Assembly: GCA_963726745.1 (NCBI GenBank)
Contig: CAVSDR010000002.1
Coordinates: 224,001 to 288,000 of the forward strand
Source of the DNA: an uncultured Verrucomicrobiae bacterium
GTDB lineage: Bacteria > Verrucomicrobiota > Verrucomicrobiia > Chthoniobacterales > UBA10450
Direction of reading: 5' to 3'
DNA length: 64,000 bases
Within the stretch, counting starts at the first letter, position 1, and each line of letters opens with the position of its first letter. Below are positions 1 to 10,264 of the stretch, one piece after another. The notes under the pieces were generated by a model that was not told where the DNA came from, searched no databases, and was given only the letters and a program-made list of their open reading frames with translations. The translations under genes and the position numbers were made by a program.

Positions 1-1161
1 TTGCGCGGCGCTCGCTTCTCGATTAACGCTTGCGGCTTCGGGATAAGCGACGCACGTCGGGTGATGTTTGCTTCGGCGGTTGAATGGTCAATCTGACCTT
101 TCTCGACGTTCGCACGGGCTCTCCCTTCACGCGCTGACTCAGTTATTAGGGCTTGGCTTGCCTGGCGAAGCTTGTCGAGAAAGCTTTGTGAAGGTTGAAT
201 CGTCATCTTCTTCACGTCTGTGTGGAAATGTGCGTCTAGGGAACCGTCGAACGAAAGCTCCGCACGAAAGTGTGAAAAGTCCGGGTGCTTCTTGTAAAAG
301 TCGAACGTGTGCGCATCCATGATCTCGCGATTGTTGCGCACGATGTAGAAGCCGGAATTCTGAGCGATGATTCCGGCGGCCTTATTTCCAGCGCCTCCGA
401 AATCCGGTAGATCTACAACGCGTAGCGTAGCGCTTCCCTTCCCATCGATCGGAATTTCCGTATCAAGCACAAGTCGCGTTTTCGGGTCGCTCAGCATGAG
501 CGGATCGATAGGTTCAACTACCTTGCCGTTGACGGTAATGGTAACGCCGCTCTTCAGGAACTTGCGAAAGACTTGTCCGAACCGGGATCGTAGCGTGTTT
601 GCGAAGGTGCTCACATTTCGGTTACTGATCCGGTCGGTCTTGGAGAGCCGCACGCGCGTACCCTTTGTACAGACCAAAGCTTGCTTGCTGGCTTGCGGTA
701 GCTTCGCCAATCCATTTAACGAAGCGGTTTTGCGCGGCTATCTCCTCAAGATCAAAGCCGCCGAAGAACAGCGCCCCGTCAATCTCCGTCGTTAAGACCT
801 CAACGCGCTGTGACAACCCGATGGATGCCGTCACAAGTCCCATTCCAAACTTACCCAGATCTGCCGCGTCCCGTTCAGTGTCCGAACCAAGACGCAGAGC
901 TTCGCTCAGCGTTTCTTCGTCCATGCCGGTCCCGTTATCATCGATAGTGATGATAATGTCGCCGTTCTCCTCCTTAATCGTGATGTCGATCTTCGTTGCA
1001 TGCGCATCGATAGGATTATCGGTGATGTCGAGTATCGACGAGTAGCTGTCGTATCCGAGTTCGCGCAACGCCTCCATTGTTCGGCGTGCATTTGGCTGGT
1101 TTTCCAGCAGACGGCTGGAAACTGCAGAGCGAGGCTCTGCACTTACATTAGTAGTGCTCAT
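1..1161 (-). CDS. GHKL (MORC/HSP90-like) ATPase; frameshift near 660; runs off the left edge
   Basis: GHKL motifs DITDNPIDA, DDNGTGM, LGKFGMG; after a shift the frame continues GTRVRLSKTDRIS...QNSGFYIVRNNREI...FRAELSF, resembling the MORC S5-fold half. Confidence 0.8.
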
Positions 1162-1515
1162 ATATTCTCCTGCCTTCGATGGCCTAAGCGACCAAAGGAC
1201 TTGGTTTACTGTTTCTGATCATCCGATCATCACGATCGAATGAACGAGACGAAGAACGCACGCTGGCGTCGACTCGTCAAGCCCGCTCGAAATGTGACTC
1301 TCTCACACGCGAAATCGAATCGTCGTTTAATACACGCCAGCTCGTCGTGAACCGCAGTGATACGCGCTGCCTGTCTCATCGTGGGTAAAGCACTGTGCGG
1401 CTCCGGGTTTTACTAAATGAATCGGACCCTGGTCGTGGCGCTGCCCATCCGCGCGATCGCCGCTCTCAAAAAGCAGTGCGCTTGACCGGCGCGCAGCGGG
1501 CACTATCGAGGGCGG

Positions 1516-1839
1516 ATGAACGAGACGAGGCGGACGCATCTCGAGGCCATCCCGCCGGTTCCGGCGATCCTCGGCGCCATCGTCAGCGTCCAAGCCGGCG
1601 CGGCGCTGGCCAAGGGCCTCTTTCCCGCGCTCGGGCCGATCGGAACGGTGGGGCTGCGGGTCGTCCTCTCCGCGATCATGCTCATGGCGGCGTTCCGTCC
1701 CGGGCTGCGCGCGTTGTCGCCGGCGCAGTGGCGGGCGGTGATTCCGTATGGCCTGATCCTCGGCACGATGAATATCGTTTTTTACCTTCCTCTCGCTCTC
1801 GCGGATCCCGCTCGGAGTCGCGGTCACGGTCGAGTTCAT
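1516..1839 (+). pseudogene. Truncated 5' duplicate of the EamA transporter gene
   Basis: Near-identical to 3394-3713; 4-nt insertion near 1788; homology ends at 1839. Confidence 0.85.
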
Positions 1840-1969
1840 ATCTTTCCGCTGCGACTCGGCGCAGCCGATTCGTTTCGACAGCAATGCTGGTCCGTTTGTC
1901 TTTGAACGCATCTAAAAGGCAAAAGTGGATCAGCCGTTCTTCATAGAACGCTTCGAGATAGCAGCGAGG

Positions 1970-2052
1970 TGGTCGACTCTCGCCGAAAGCAGGTCGGCTC
2001 TCGTCAAAAGCGGGCCGACTCTCATCAAAGGCGGGCGGCGTCATTCGAAAGC
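1970..2052. repeat. Degenerate 21-bp tandem repeat, about 4 units
   Basis: tggtcgactctcgccgaaagc / aggtcggctctcgtcaaaagc / gggccgactctcatcaaaggc / gggcggcgtcattcgaaagc. Confidence 0.8.
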
Positions 2053-2264
2053 AATCGAGATCGGACAAGGCGGATCATCCCGCTGGCCGGAATCTTGGCG
2101 TTTTTGTGCGGTGTAGTTTGTCGCGCTTTCTTCCAGCCGTGACTCCCAGCCCACCCGTGTGACGCACGAGCGATGGGAAGACAGCTTGTCGACAGGGGGA
2201 GTGGTTCCGCGTCGAAGCGATCTCGGGTACCGAAACCTCCCGGATGGTCTCAGTCCGCCGCGCT

Positions 2265-3014
2265 CTACGCGCGCCGTGCGCGCCGCCAACCGGCGAGACT
2301 CAGCAGCGAGATTCCTAAGAGAAGCATGCTGCTGCCGGTTTCAGGCGCGGCCGAGACCGTGTTGGTCACATTGAAGTTCAATTCACCCGTGGTGGTGCCG
2401 GGACCGTGCCGAGTAATTGCGACGCCGATGGTCAAGCCAAACGGGTTTGTGCTGGGAGAAAAGGATCCGCCCACCGAGTTTGCAAAAGGAGAGCTGAAAT
2501 TGGTAAAGGAGGCGAGAGGATTGGACAAATCAAGATTACCATTGGAGTTACCGCCCCAAGCCCCGGCGGTGACAGAGGAGCCCGTTCCGAGCGGCGGTTG
2601 AGTGCCTCCGAGAGTTAGCAAAAACGTGTTACCGGCGATGAAGCCGGTGTTACTCGCATACATGTAGAGAGTGTGCGTGCCGTTGTCGCTGGTGACGGCG
2701 CTGAAAGACAAATTAAGCTGCGGCTGTGAGGATGACCCGATCAACGGACTGCTTTGGGCTACGTTGGTCGCGATCGTAAAACCGCCTATGTTCAACCCAC
2801 CGGCGTTGATCTGACCGACTATGGCGGAGCCTGGAAAATTATCGCCCACTCCCTGGTCGACGACGATGACGTCGCCACCGCCGCTGCAGAGCGCGTCGTC
2901 GCAGATATAAACGATGAAGGCCGCACGGGCGTTCCCGCACACTCCGGCGAGACAGAACAAGGCGAAAAGCGCCCCGAGAGAGCGCGAAACGTTTGCGTTA
3001 TTTTTCTTATGCAT
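2265..3014 (-). CDS. Exosortase-target surface protein (PEP-CTERM/VPDSG-CTERM type)
   Basis: Signal peptide ending NARA; C-terminal APETGSS + hydrophobic helix + RRARRA; start uncertain (3014 or 3047). Confidence 0.8.
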   Translation of the reverse strand: MHKKNNANVSRSLGALFALFCLAGVCGNARAAFIVYICDDALCSGGGDVIVVDQGVGDNFPGSAIVGQINAGGLNIGGFTIATNVAQSSPLIGSSSQPQLNLSFSAVTSDNGTHTLYMYASNTGFIAGNTFLLTLGGTQPPLGTGSSVTAGAWGGNSNGNLDLSNPLASFTNFSSPFANSVGGSFSPSTNPFGLTIGVAITRHGPGTTTGELNFNVTNTVSAAPETGSSMLLLGISLLSLAGWRRARRA

Positions 3015-3393
3015 ATGGGGGTATGCCTCAGATGATGGCCTCGACACGGAGCGTCAGGACCAATTGTTGGAATTTCCGATACAGTGACTGAATCTTGAAG
3101 GTCGAGCCAAGCATAAAATTCGCGAAGCAAAGCACCATGATGGCAGCCGAGTGCTCCAAGCGCCGGCGCCTTTGACGTTGCGGGCACGGACACGCACCCA
3201 CACGTCTTTGCCGCGGGTCAGTGCGTTTTGCATGCTGCGCGGATTCGGGACGATGAAGGTCTCGCTCCAGTTCTCGCCGCTCGGGTCGAGGGTCCACTGG
3301 GCCTCATAGACGCGGGCGTTGTTGGCGGCCGGGGTGCGGCTCTCGAAAAGCAGCTGCGCTTGACCGGCGCGCAGCGGGCACTATCGGGGGCGG

Positions 3394-4300
3394 ATGAACG
3401 AGACGAGGCGGACGCATCTCGAGGCCATCCCGCCGGTGCCGGCGATCTTGGGCGCCATCGTCAGCGTCCAGGCCGGCGCGGCGCTGGCCAAGGGCCTCTT
3501 TCCCGCGCTCGGGCCGATCGGAACGGTGGGGCTGCGGGTCGTCCTCTCCGCGATCATGCTCATGGCGGCGTTCCGTCCCGGGCTGCGCGCGTTGTCGCCG
3601 GCGCAGTGGCGGGCGGTGATTCCGTATGGCCTGGTCCTGGGCACGATGAACATCCTGTTTTACCTCTCGCTCTCGCGGATCCCGCTCGGGGTCGCGGTCA
3701 CGGTCGAGTTCATCGGGCCGCTGGCGGTGGCGGTGTTCGGCTCGCGGCGCGCGGTGGATATCGCGTGGGTCGTTTTGGCTGCGGCAGGGATCGCGCTGAT
3801 CACGCCGTGGTCGGGCGGCGGGACGGACGCTTTCGGCGTCGCGCTCGCACTTCGCTGCGGGCGGGTGCTGGGCTGCTTACATTCTGCTCGGCGGCCGGGT
3901 CTCACGCATCATGCCCGGCGGCGCTTCGGTGGCGACGGGAATGCTGATCGCTTCCTTCGTGGCGCTGCCGGCCGCGATGGCGACGGATGGGTTCGCAGGG
4001 CTGACGCTGCCGCTTTTCGTGGCGGGAATCGGAGTGGCGCTGCTCTCGAGCGCGATCCCTTACACGCTGGAGATCATCGCCCTGCGGGGACTTCCGGCAC
4101 GCACCTTCGGCATCCTCATGAGCCTGGAGCCGGCGGTCGCTGCGCTCCTCGGCCTCGTCATCCTGCACGAACTGCTTTCCTCCCGGCAATGGGTGGCGGT
4201 GGCGCTGATCATCGCCGCGAGCACGGGATCAACCCTGACCTCGCGCCGCCCCGCGCCCGTGGTTGCGGGCGAGGCCGGAGAAGGCTGGCAGGGAGGATGA
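3394..4300 (+). CDS. EamA/DMT transporter (RhtA-like); frameshift near 3853
   Basis: SVQAGAALAKGLF, IPLGVAVTVEFIGPL, FGILMSLEPAVAAL in two joined frames. Confidence 0.9.
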
Positions 4301-4707
4301 GGAAAAGGATGAAGGAGCCGCGGCGTGGGCGGAGCGCAGCTAAGGTTGCTGGCGCAAACGCGGGCGCGAGCGTGCGAGTGATGTCGGCCACGCGCGAGAT
4401 GGCTCGCAGTCATTCGCATTGATTGGAGGTGCCAGAGCCGCAAACGCAGCTCAAAGAGTTTTATGGCGGAGCGATCTGAAAGGCGCATCGCGCAGCGGCC
4501 ATACCATAATTGACTCGGACAATGTTTTCCTGCTCCGACCAGCGACTTCAGGGTCAGGTTTCGCGCTTTCTAGTTCAGGCAAAAAAACGACCGAAGCTAA
4601 CGAAAGCAGCGGTGGAATCGTCGTGCAACGAGCTATCACCTCCGCGGTGAGCCGACGCGGTGACCGCTTTCTCGCAGAAGAGCTTAGGCCAAGCCTGGCA
4701 GCTGAAG

Positions 4708-5460
4708 CTATTCCACGTCGAGGCGCGCGAGAGCACGTCGGCGGAGCCAGCGATGTGTCGGAGTGATCACGGCGAGGGAGTAATAGACCCAGCCGCTCCA
4801 TCCGATCAGCGCCGGTGGCAGGGTCAAGGCAAAGACCAGCGAGACCAAGCCCACGCACGTGGGCAGCGCCCAGCCGCGTGCTTCCTGCCAGGCCATGAGT
4901 TGTTCGCGGTGATTCAAGCGCAGGGCCATGCGCAAACGCCATGCGTGGAGATTCAACAGGGCGATCTCGAGCGCGATCGCGGTGAAGCCGAGCGCAAACG
5001 CAGCGAAAAGCTCCCGTGCCTGCCCGATCGACTCGATGAGGAGCGGTTGCCCGACGCGCCCGCCGGAGAGCGGAAAAAACATCGCACCGAAGACGACCTT
5101 CAGCGGGTAAACATAGATCAGCATGGTGAAGATCATCGCCCAGCTGATCATGACCGAGGGTCCGTCCTCGAGGCCGAAACGCCGGCTCCAGAGCCAGTGG
5201 CCGCGCCAGAAAAGCGCGAGGACAAAAACGCTCGCCGCGAAAGCCGGCACATTGTTAAAGGCGGCAAGGAGCGACTTCACGTTCGTGGGCGGGTCGCCGG
5301 CGGCGATCACGAGCGTGGTAATAGCGAAGGCAAAGGTCGCATCGACGAAGGTCTCGAGCCGCGTCATCTCCATCCCGCGCAGGCGGAAGCCGCGCAGCCG
5401 TGGCAGCGCATCCAGGTCTGCCGGCAGCGCGGAGGCGATTTCTTCCTCACGGGAGTTCAC
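4708..5460 (-). CDS. TMEM175/DUF1211-family membrane protein
   Basis: TRLETFVDATFAFAITTLVI motif and multiple TM helices. Confidence 0.75.
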   Translation of the reverse strand: MNSREEEIASALPADLDALPRLRGFRLRGMEMTRLETFVDATFAFAITTLVIAAGDPPTNVKSLLAAFNNVPAFAASVFVLALFWRGHWLWSRRFGLEDGPSVMISWAMIFTMLIYVYPLKVVFGAMFFPLSGGRVGQPLLIESIGQARELFAAFALGFTAIALEIALLNLHAWRLRMALRLNHREQLMAWQEARGWALPTCVGLVSLVFALTLPPALIGWSGWVYYSLAVITPTHRWLRRRALARLDVE

Positions 5461-5661
5461 GTGCGGGAGGATAGCGCGGTGCGATGCGGTGTCAGTCCCA
5501 GAATGTCGCGGGCCGCAGTGCTACCTTAGCCTTGGCTGCGGGCCGTTCGTCGGAGGGTTGGCGAGGGCGCCCGGGCGAGCTAACGAAAGGATCACTCCCT
5601 CGCTCGGCCATGCGCGCTGTCGGCCGCGTGACTTCCTGGAAGAAGCTGAATAGCTTCCGTC

Positions 5662-6093
5662 GTGGCTCCAATGGGTGCGGCGGCATTTGCAATCAAAGCG
5701 GAGCTACCGGAGGTGCGGGCGCGGACCTTCGTCTTCCGTCACCAAAAGACGATGTATGGCGGCAAACAGATCAAGCCGGGCGACACCATCTTCCTCTTCG
5801 CGAGCGAGAACGAAGGCGGGCAAGGTTTGATCGCCTGCGGGGTGGTTACTTCTGCCCAGGTGAGTGCCCTCCAACCAGGAGTCGCCCGGCAAACTCCGCG
5901 GGTCAGCCTTGCGGTGCGAAGAACGGGGCTGGCAAAACGGCCCCTTGGACGCCGCGAGCTCAAGCAGTTCACCGATTGGGCCGATGGACGACCTGAGACC
6001 GAGCTCAACTTCAAACTCTATCGTCAGGCCACCAACAAGATCGCGGGTATCTCGGAGCAGGCGACGCGGTTCTTGCGTGGATTTTTCAGCTGA
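5662..6093 (+). CDS. Conserved hypothetical protein, possibly EVE/PUA-like
   Basis: IKPGDTIFLF...GLIACGVV pattern; coding-like composition. Confidence 0.55.
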   Translation: MAPMGAAAFAIKAELPEVRARTFVFRHQKTMYGGKQIKPGDTIFLFASENEGGQGLIACGVVTSAQVSALQPGVARQTPRVSLAVRRTGLAKRPLGRRELKQFTDWADGRPETELNFKLYRQATNKIAGISEQATRFLRGFFS

Positions 6094-6150
6094 ACAATCA
6101 GAGAAACGAAACCTGACCGCGAGTGAGCTAGCCGAAGCGAAGCAGCGCCA

Positions 6151-6280
6151 GTGGTCGCAGCCGCGCCCGTGGCGGGGAAATTAGACATCAACTTGGCGAC
6201 GCCTTCCGAGCTCGTGCGGCTCCCGGGGATTGGGCCGGCGATGGTCGGCCGCATCGTCGCCGCGCGCCCTTCCGCGAGCC
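6151..6280 (+). pseudogene. ComEA-like helix-hairpin-helix fragment
   Basis: LDINLATPSELVRLPGIGPAMVGRIVAARP, cut off by the end of the convergent mtgA; second HhH absent. Confidence 0.6.
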
Positions 6281-6285
6281 GCTGT

Positions 6286-7026
6286 TCAGCGCAGCATCTT
6301 CTCCGGGAACGGCGCGCTTTGCTCGCGGAAGAGGATACGCTGCTGGCGCTGCCGCAGGGCCGGCCCGGGCTTTGCCGGATTCCAGCCTTTCGGGTTCGGC
6401 AGGACCGCGGCGAGGAGGGCGGATTGATCTCTCGTTAGGCCGCGCGCGTTTACCCCAAAGTAATGCTGCGCCCCTGCTTCCACTCCATAGATTCCGGGAC
6501 CCATCTCGATCACGTTCGCGTAAAGCTCGAGGATGCGCCGCTTCGGCAGGAGCAGTTCCATCCAGACGGTGTAGTAGGATTCGAGCCCTTTCCGGATCCA
6601 GGAGCGCCCTTGCCAAAGGAAAAGCGAGCGCGCGCACTGCATCGTGATCGTGGAGACGCCGCGCACGGGCTTGCCCGTCCGGTCCGATTTCTTCCGCGCG
6701 GCCTCGAGTTCCTTCCAGTCAAAGCCAGCGTGCTGGAAGAAGCGTTGATCTTCCGAGACCCAAAGATGTTTCAGGAACATCGTGGGCACCTGGGGCAGGT
6801 CGACCCAATGATAACGCAGCGGCGCAGTCGCGTGCACTTGCTCGAGCAACATCGGGAGCGTCCGCGGCGGGTCCAGAAACCGAACCAGCAAAACTTCCAG
6901 CACCGGAAGAGACAGCAAGATGGCCAGCGCGATCAGCAGCCAGCGCCCGCGATGGAGTTTAGCCGACTGCTTCTTCAAAGCGCGGGGCTTCCTCTTTTTC
7001 TCAACGGCGGGCATTCGGGTGGCCAC
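6286..7026 (-). CDS. mtgA: Monofunctional peptidoglycan transglycosylase
   Basis: GT51 motifs EDQRFFQH, GVSTITMQCAR, RKGLE, KRRILELYAN. Confidence 0.9.
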   Translation of the reverse strand: MATRMPAVEKKRKPRALKKQSAKLHRGRWLLIALAILLSLPVLEVLLVRFLDPPRTLPMLLEQVHATAPLRYHWVDLPQVPTMFLKHLWVSEDQRFFQHAGFDWKELEAARKKSDRTGKPVRGVSTITMQCARSLFLWQGRSWIRKGLESYYTVWMELLLPKRRILELYANVIEMGPGIYGVEAGAQHYFGVNARGLTRDQSALLAAVLPNPKGWNPAKPGPALRQRQQRILFREQSAPFPEKMLR

Positions 7027-7068
7027 CCTCGATGAGTTGGCTGGAAAAGGGAACGCGCTTTCGAAAAA

Positions 7069-7629
7069 TCAGCGCCCTCGCGGCGGCGTTTTCTTCCGCG
7101 CCGCCGGCGGGAGCGACTGCGGGTAAAGCTCGGCGAAACTCTTCGGGCCGCGCGGCACTTCCGGTGCCGCCGCGGGCGCCGGCGGCAGGACGGTATCCAG
7201 CTGGCCCAGCGCGGAAGGCGGAAGCGTCCCGAGCTTGCCGGCCGGTTCGGCGGTGGGCCCCGCTGCGAGATGGACGTTCATCGCCCGCCGAAGCGCGCTC
7301 TCGCTCTCCTCGGCCAGCAAGGACGCGAAAAGCCCAAGCGGAAGCTGCTGCATTTCCGCTCGCGCCGTGATCACGGTGTAGCCGGCGTGCGAATCAAATC
7401 CTTCCGAAGCCTGGAAAAGCAGCGCGCCCCGGCTTCTTTGGAATTCCAGCACGCGATGCAGCAGCGCCTTGATGATCCCGCCGTCGCCGGTCGAGCCGTA
7501 GCCATGGATGACGGCAAATTTCCGCAGGGCCGTCGGCAAGCGGACGATCTTCCGGTAGTCGGCCGCGAAGCGGACCATGGCCTCGGACGCGGTCAAGCCG
7601 TGATAATCGAGTTCGCGCAACCTCCGCAT
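7069..7629 (-). CDS. Smr-domain protein
   Basis: LDYHGLT and VIHGYGS motifs. Confidence 0.7.
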   Translation of the reverse strand: MRRLRELDYHGLTASEAMVRFAADYRKIVRLPTALRKFAVIHGYGSTGDGGIIKALLHRVLEFQRSRGALLFQASEGFDSHAGYTVITARAEMQQLPLGLFASLLAEESESALRRAMNVHLAAGPTAEPAGKLGTLPPSALGQLDTVLPPAPAAAPEVPRGPKSFAELYPQSLPPAARKKTPPRGR

Positions 7630-7732
7630 CCCCGGCGAATAAACAAAACCGCCGATGCCCTCAAGCGAAGAACTCCTCCCGGCGTTCCGTGAGCGACCGC
7701 GAGGGGCGCAGGTGCTAAGGTCTCCCGAGGTC

Positions 7733-9040
7733 ATGCAACGCCGCGTCCGCTTTTCGATCTTCGCCCTGCTGCTCGTGGCTGGAATAGCCGGCTACCTGTT
7801 CTGGCCGCCGGCGGCGCGCGCGCCCGTTTCTCTCGCGGTCGACGAATCTCTTGCGGCGTCGCCGATTCCGCCCGCGGCGGCAAGCGACCCCGATCCGGCG
7901 TCCTCGCCGCCGGCGACGAGCGCGGGTGCTTCGCGCGATGCTCTGCTCGATTCGCTGCGTGCGAAATTAGCCTCGGGAAACATGGCCCGCGGGGAAGCGA
8001 TCCTGACCTTTCGCGATGCAGAGGCGCGGGCGCGTTTCGCGCAGCGCGCGGCGAGCTTCGGGCTGGAAGTGATCGCGGAAATTCCGCAGCTCGATTCCTT
8101 GCGCGTGCGTTACCGCGAGCTGGAAGGCTTGCGCGATGCCATTGCCGCCGGCGGCGGCGAATTGGCAAACGTCGAGGGCAACCTCTGGTTAGGCATTCCG
8201 GGAACGACGCCTGTCGCCGACCCGAACAACCAAGGCGGCCGTGCGCCTTTTGGCCGAAGCACGCTCGAGGCGATCAACGCCGTGGGCGACCGAACTTCGT
8301 GGGGCGGCCGCGTGACCGTGGCGGTGCTCGACACCGGCATTCTCGCGCATCCGACGTTTGGTTCCGGGCAGATTACGCACTTGGATTTGGTGAATGACGG
8401 ACTCGGATTCAATAGCCACGGGACGAGCGTGGCCTCGATCATCGGCGGGCAAAATCCGCAGGCGCCCGGAGTGGCGCCGGGCGCGAGCATTCTCGATATC
8501 CGGGTGGCCGACGCCGAAGGTTACGCGGTTGGCTCCAGTCTCGCGCAGGGGATCGTGACTGCGGTCGATCGCGGCGCCCAGGTGATCAACGTGAGCCTGG
8601 GCGGCTACGGTGGCAGCGCCTTGCTGGAACAAGCGGTCGGCTATGCTTTGCAACGCGGCGTGGTCGTGGTGGCGGCCGCAGGGAACGACGCCTACGGGCA
8701 ACTCGCGATTCCCGCAGCCTATCCGGGCGTGCTCAGCGTCGGCAGCGTCGATGCCAACAACCGGCAGGCTTACTTTTCCAATAGCGGCGCCGGGCTCGCG
8801 CTGGCGGCGCCGGGAGTGGGGGTGATCTCCGCATGGGAGACGGACAAGATCGCGCTCGTAAGCGGCACGTCGCAATCCTCCGCGCTGGTCACAGGCGCGG
8901 TTGCCACTTACCTCTCCTGGGGCGTTTCGGCGAATCAGGTGGGCCGGCAATTGCAAATCGATGCGCGACCGGCATTCAACGATGCGGGCGCGGCCACCGG
9001 CGTGGGCATTCTCACGATCAAGCCGCCGACTGCTCGATGA
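7733..9040 (+). CDS. Membrane-anchored S8 (subtilisin-like) serine peptidase
   Basis: VAVLDTG, HGTSVA, AAAGN, SGTSQS. Confidence 0.9.
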   Translation: MQRRVRFSIFALLLVAGIAGYLFWPPAARAPVSLAVDESLAASPIPPAAASDPDPASSPPATSAGASRDALLDSLRAKLASGNMARGEAILTFRDAEARARFAQRAASFGLEVIAEIPQLDSLRVRYRELEGLRDAIAAGGGELANVEGNLWLGIPGTTPVADPNNQGGRAPFGRSTLEAINAVGDRTSWGGRVTVAVLDTGILAHPTFGSGQITHLDLVNDGLGFNSHGTSVASIIGGQNPQAPGVAPGASILDIRVADAEGYAVGSSLAQGIVTAVDRGAQVINVSLGGYGGSALLEQAVGYALQRGVVVVAAAGNDAYGQLAIPAAYPGVLSVGSVDANNRQAYFSNSGAGLALAAPGVGVISAWETDKIALVSGTSQSSALVTGAVATYLSWGVSANQVGRQLQIDARPAFNDAGAATGVGILTIKPPTAR

Positions 9041-9110
9041 TTTTATTTTAGGCTGCGTGCCCTGCAGCCTCGGCGGTCCTCGAGCGCCGCTACACCTATC
9101 AACCCGCCGG

Positions 9111-10166
9111 CTACTTCAGAAAATCGTTTAACGCCTCGCGCGTGATCCGCCAGCTGCTCCCGATCTTTTTTCCCTTCAAGTCGCCCGCGTCGAGGCTCTG
9201 CTGGACATCGGCCTCGCTCACGCCGAGCGCTTCGGCCGCCTGCGCCGGGCTCAGCAGCTCGGGCAAGCCGGTGGCGCCGGCGGGCGCCGCCGCGGCGGTA
9301 GACGGCGAGATGGATTGGGCGGAGCCTTGCTGTTGGATGATTTGCTGGGCCATGGCGATGCCGACCGCCATCTCGGTGGCCACGCCGCCAGCGCTGCCGC
9401 CTTTCTCCATGCCTTGGGCCATCTGGAACTTCACGTAATCGTTCAAGTTGCCGACTGCGGCCATGCTCGAGCGTTTGTCGATCGCTTGCTCGACTTCCGG
9501 CGGGACGCTCACGTTCTCGAGGATGAAGCTCGGCAGCTCGATCCCGTATTTCGCGCGGATGATCGGGTTGATGATCGGGAGCAACGCTTCGCCGACTTCC
9601 TGGTAACGCGAGGCGACGTCGAGCACCGGGACTTTCGCGGTCGCGAGCGCGTCGCTGAAGATGCTGACAATGCGCGAGCGCATGGTGTCGGCAAATTCTT
9701 CGAGCCGGAAATTCTGGTCGGAGCCGGCCACTTCCTTGAGCATCAATTTCGGATCGACCACGCGGAAATCGTAGGTCCCGAAAGCGCGCACGCGCACGAT
9801 CCCGAAGTCCTGGTCGCGGAGCATGATCGGGTTCGAGGTGCCCCACTTATTCCCGGTAAAGAGCCGCGTGGTGACGTAGTAGACGTCCGCTTTGAAAGGG
9901 GACTCGAAGCCATATTTCCACGACTTCAGATTCGTGAGGATCGGGATGTTATCGGTCGTGAGGGTGTGTTTTCCCGGGCCGAAAGTGTCGCCAAATTCCC
10001 CCAGGTAAACGAACTGCGCGACCTGCGACTCGCGCACGATGAGCTGGGCGCCGCGCTTGATCTCGGCGTCGTTATCCGGGAAGCGATAGGAGATGGTGTC
10101 GCGCGAGTCATCGGTCCACTCGATGATGTCGATCGTCTGTCCGCGGAGGTAATTCATCAGGCCCAT
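9111..10166 (-). CDS. SPFH (YdjI-like) protein with C-terminal excisionase-type HTH
   Basis: IDIIEW, LIVRESQVA, KWGTSNP, RAFGTY; C-terminal LLSPAQAAEALGVSE...LKGKKIGSSWRI. Confidence 0.85.
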   Translation of the reverse strand: MGLMNYLRGQTIDIIEWTDDSRDTISYRFPDNDAEIKRGAQLIVRESQVAQFVYLGEFGDTFGPGKHTLTTDNIPILTNLKSWKYGFESPFKADVYYVTTRLFTGNKWGTSNPIMLRDQDFGIVRVRAFGTYDFRVVDPKLMLKEVAGSDQNFRLEEFADTMRSRIVSIFSDALATAKVPVLDVASRYQEVGEALLPIINPIIRAKYGIELPSFILENVSVPPEVEQAIDKRSSMAAVGNLNDYVKFQMAQGMEKGGSAGGVATEMAVGIAMAQQIIQQQGSAQSISPSTAAAAPAGATGLPELLSPAQAAEALGVSEADVQQSLDAGDLKGKKIGSSWRITREALNDFLK

Positions 10167-10264
10167 GGTGGTTTTCCTTTCAGAGAAATGAGGGGTTTTG
10201 CTGGCGCACAGCTTAGCCTTTTCCGGCGGAGCGCAATGCCGATTTCGTGACGCGCCCGGAGCGC

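Larger units (their letters stand above)
1462..3713 (+). repeat. About 375-bp direct repeat pair (1462-1839 and 3339-3713)
   Basis: Direct comparison; both copies contain the upstream region and the first ~107 codons of eamA. Confidence 0.9.

Noticed and set aside
4301..4700. ncRNA or gene between eamA and the TMEM175-like gene
   Set aside because: No convincing ORF, structure or recognisable family
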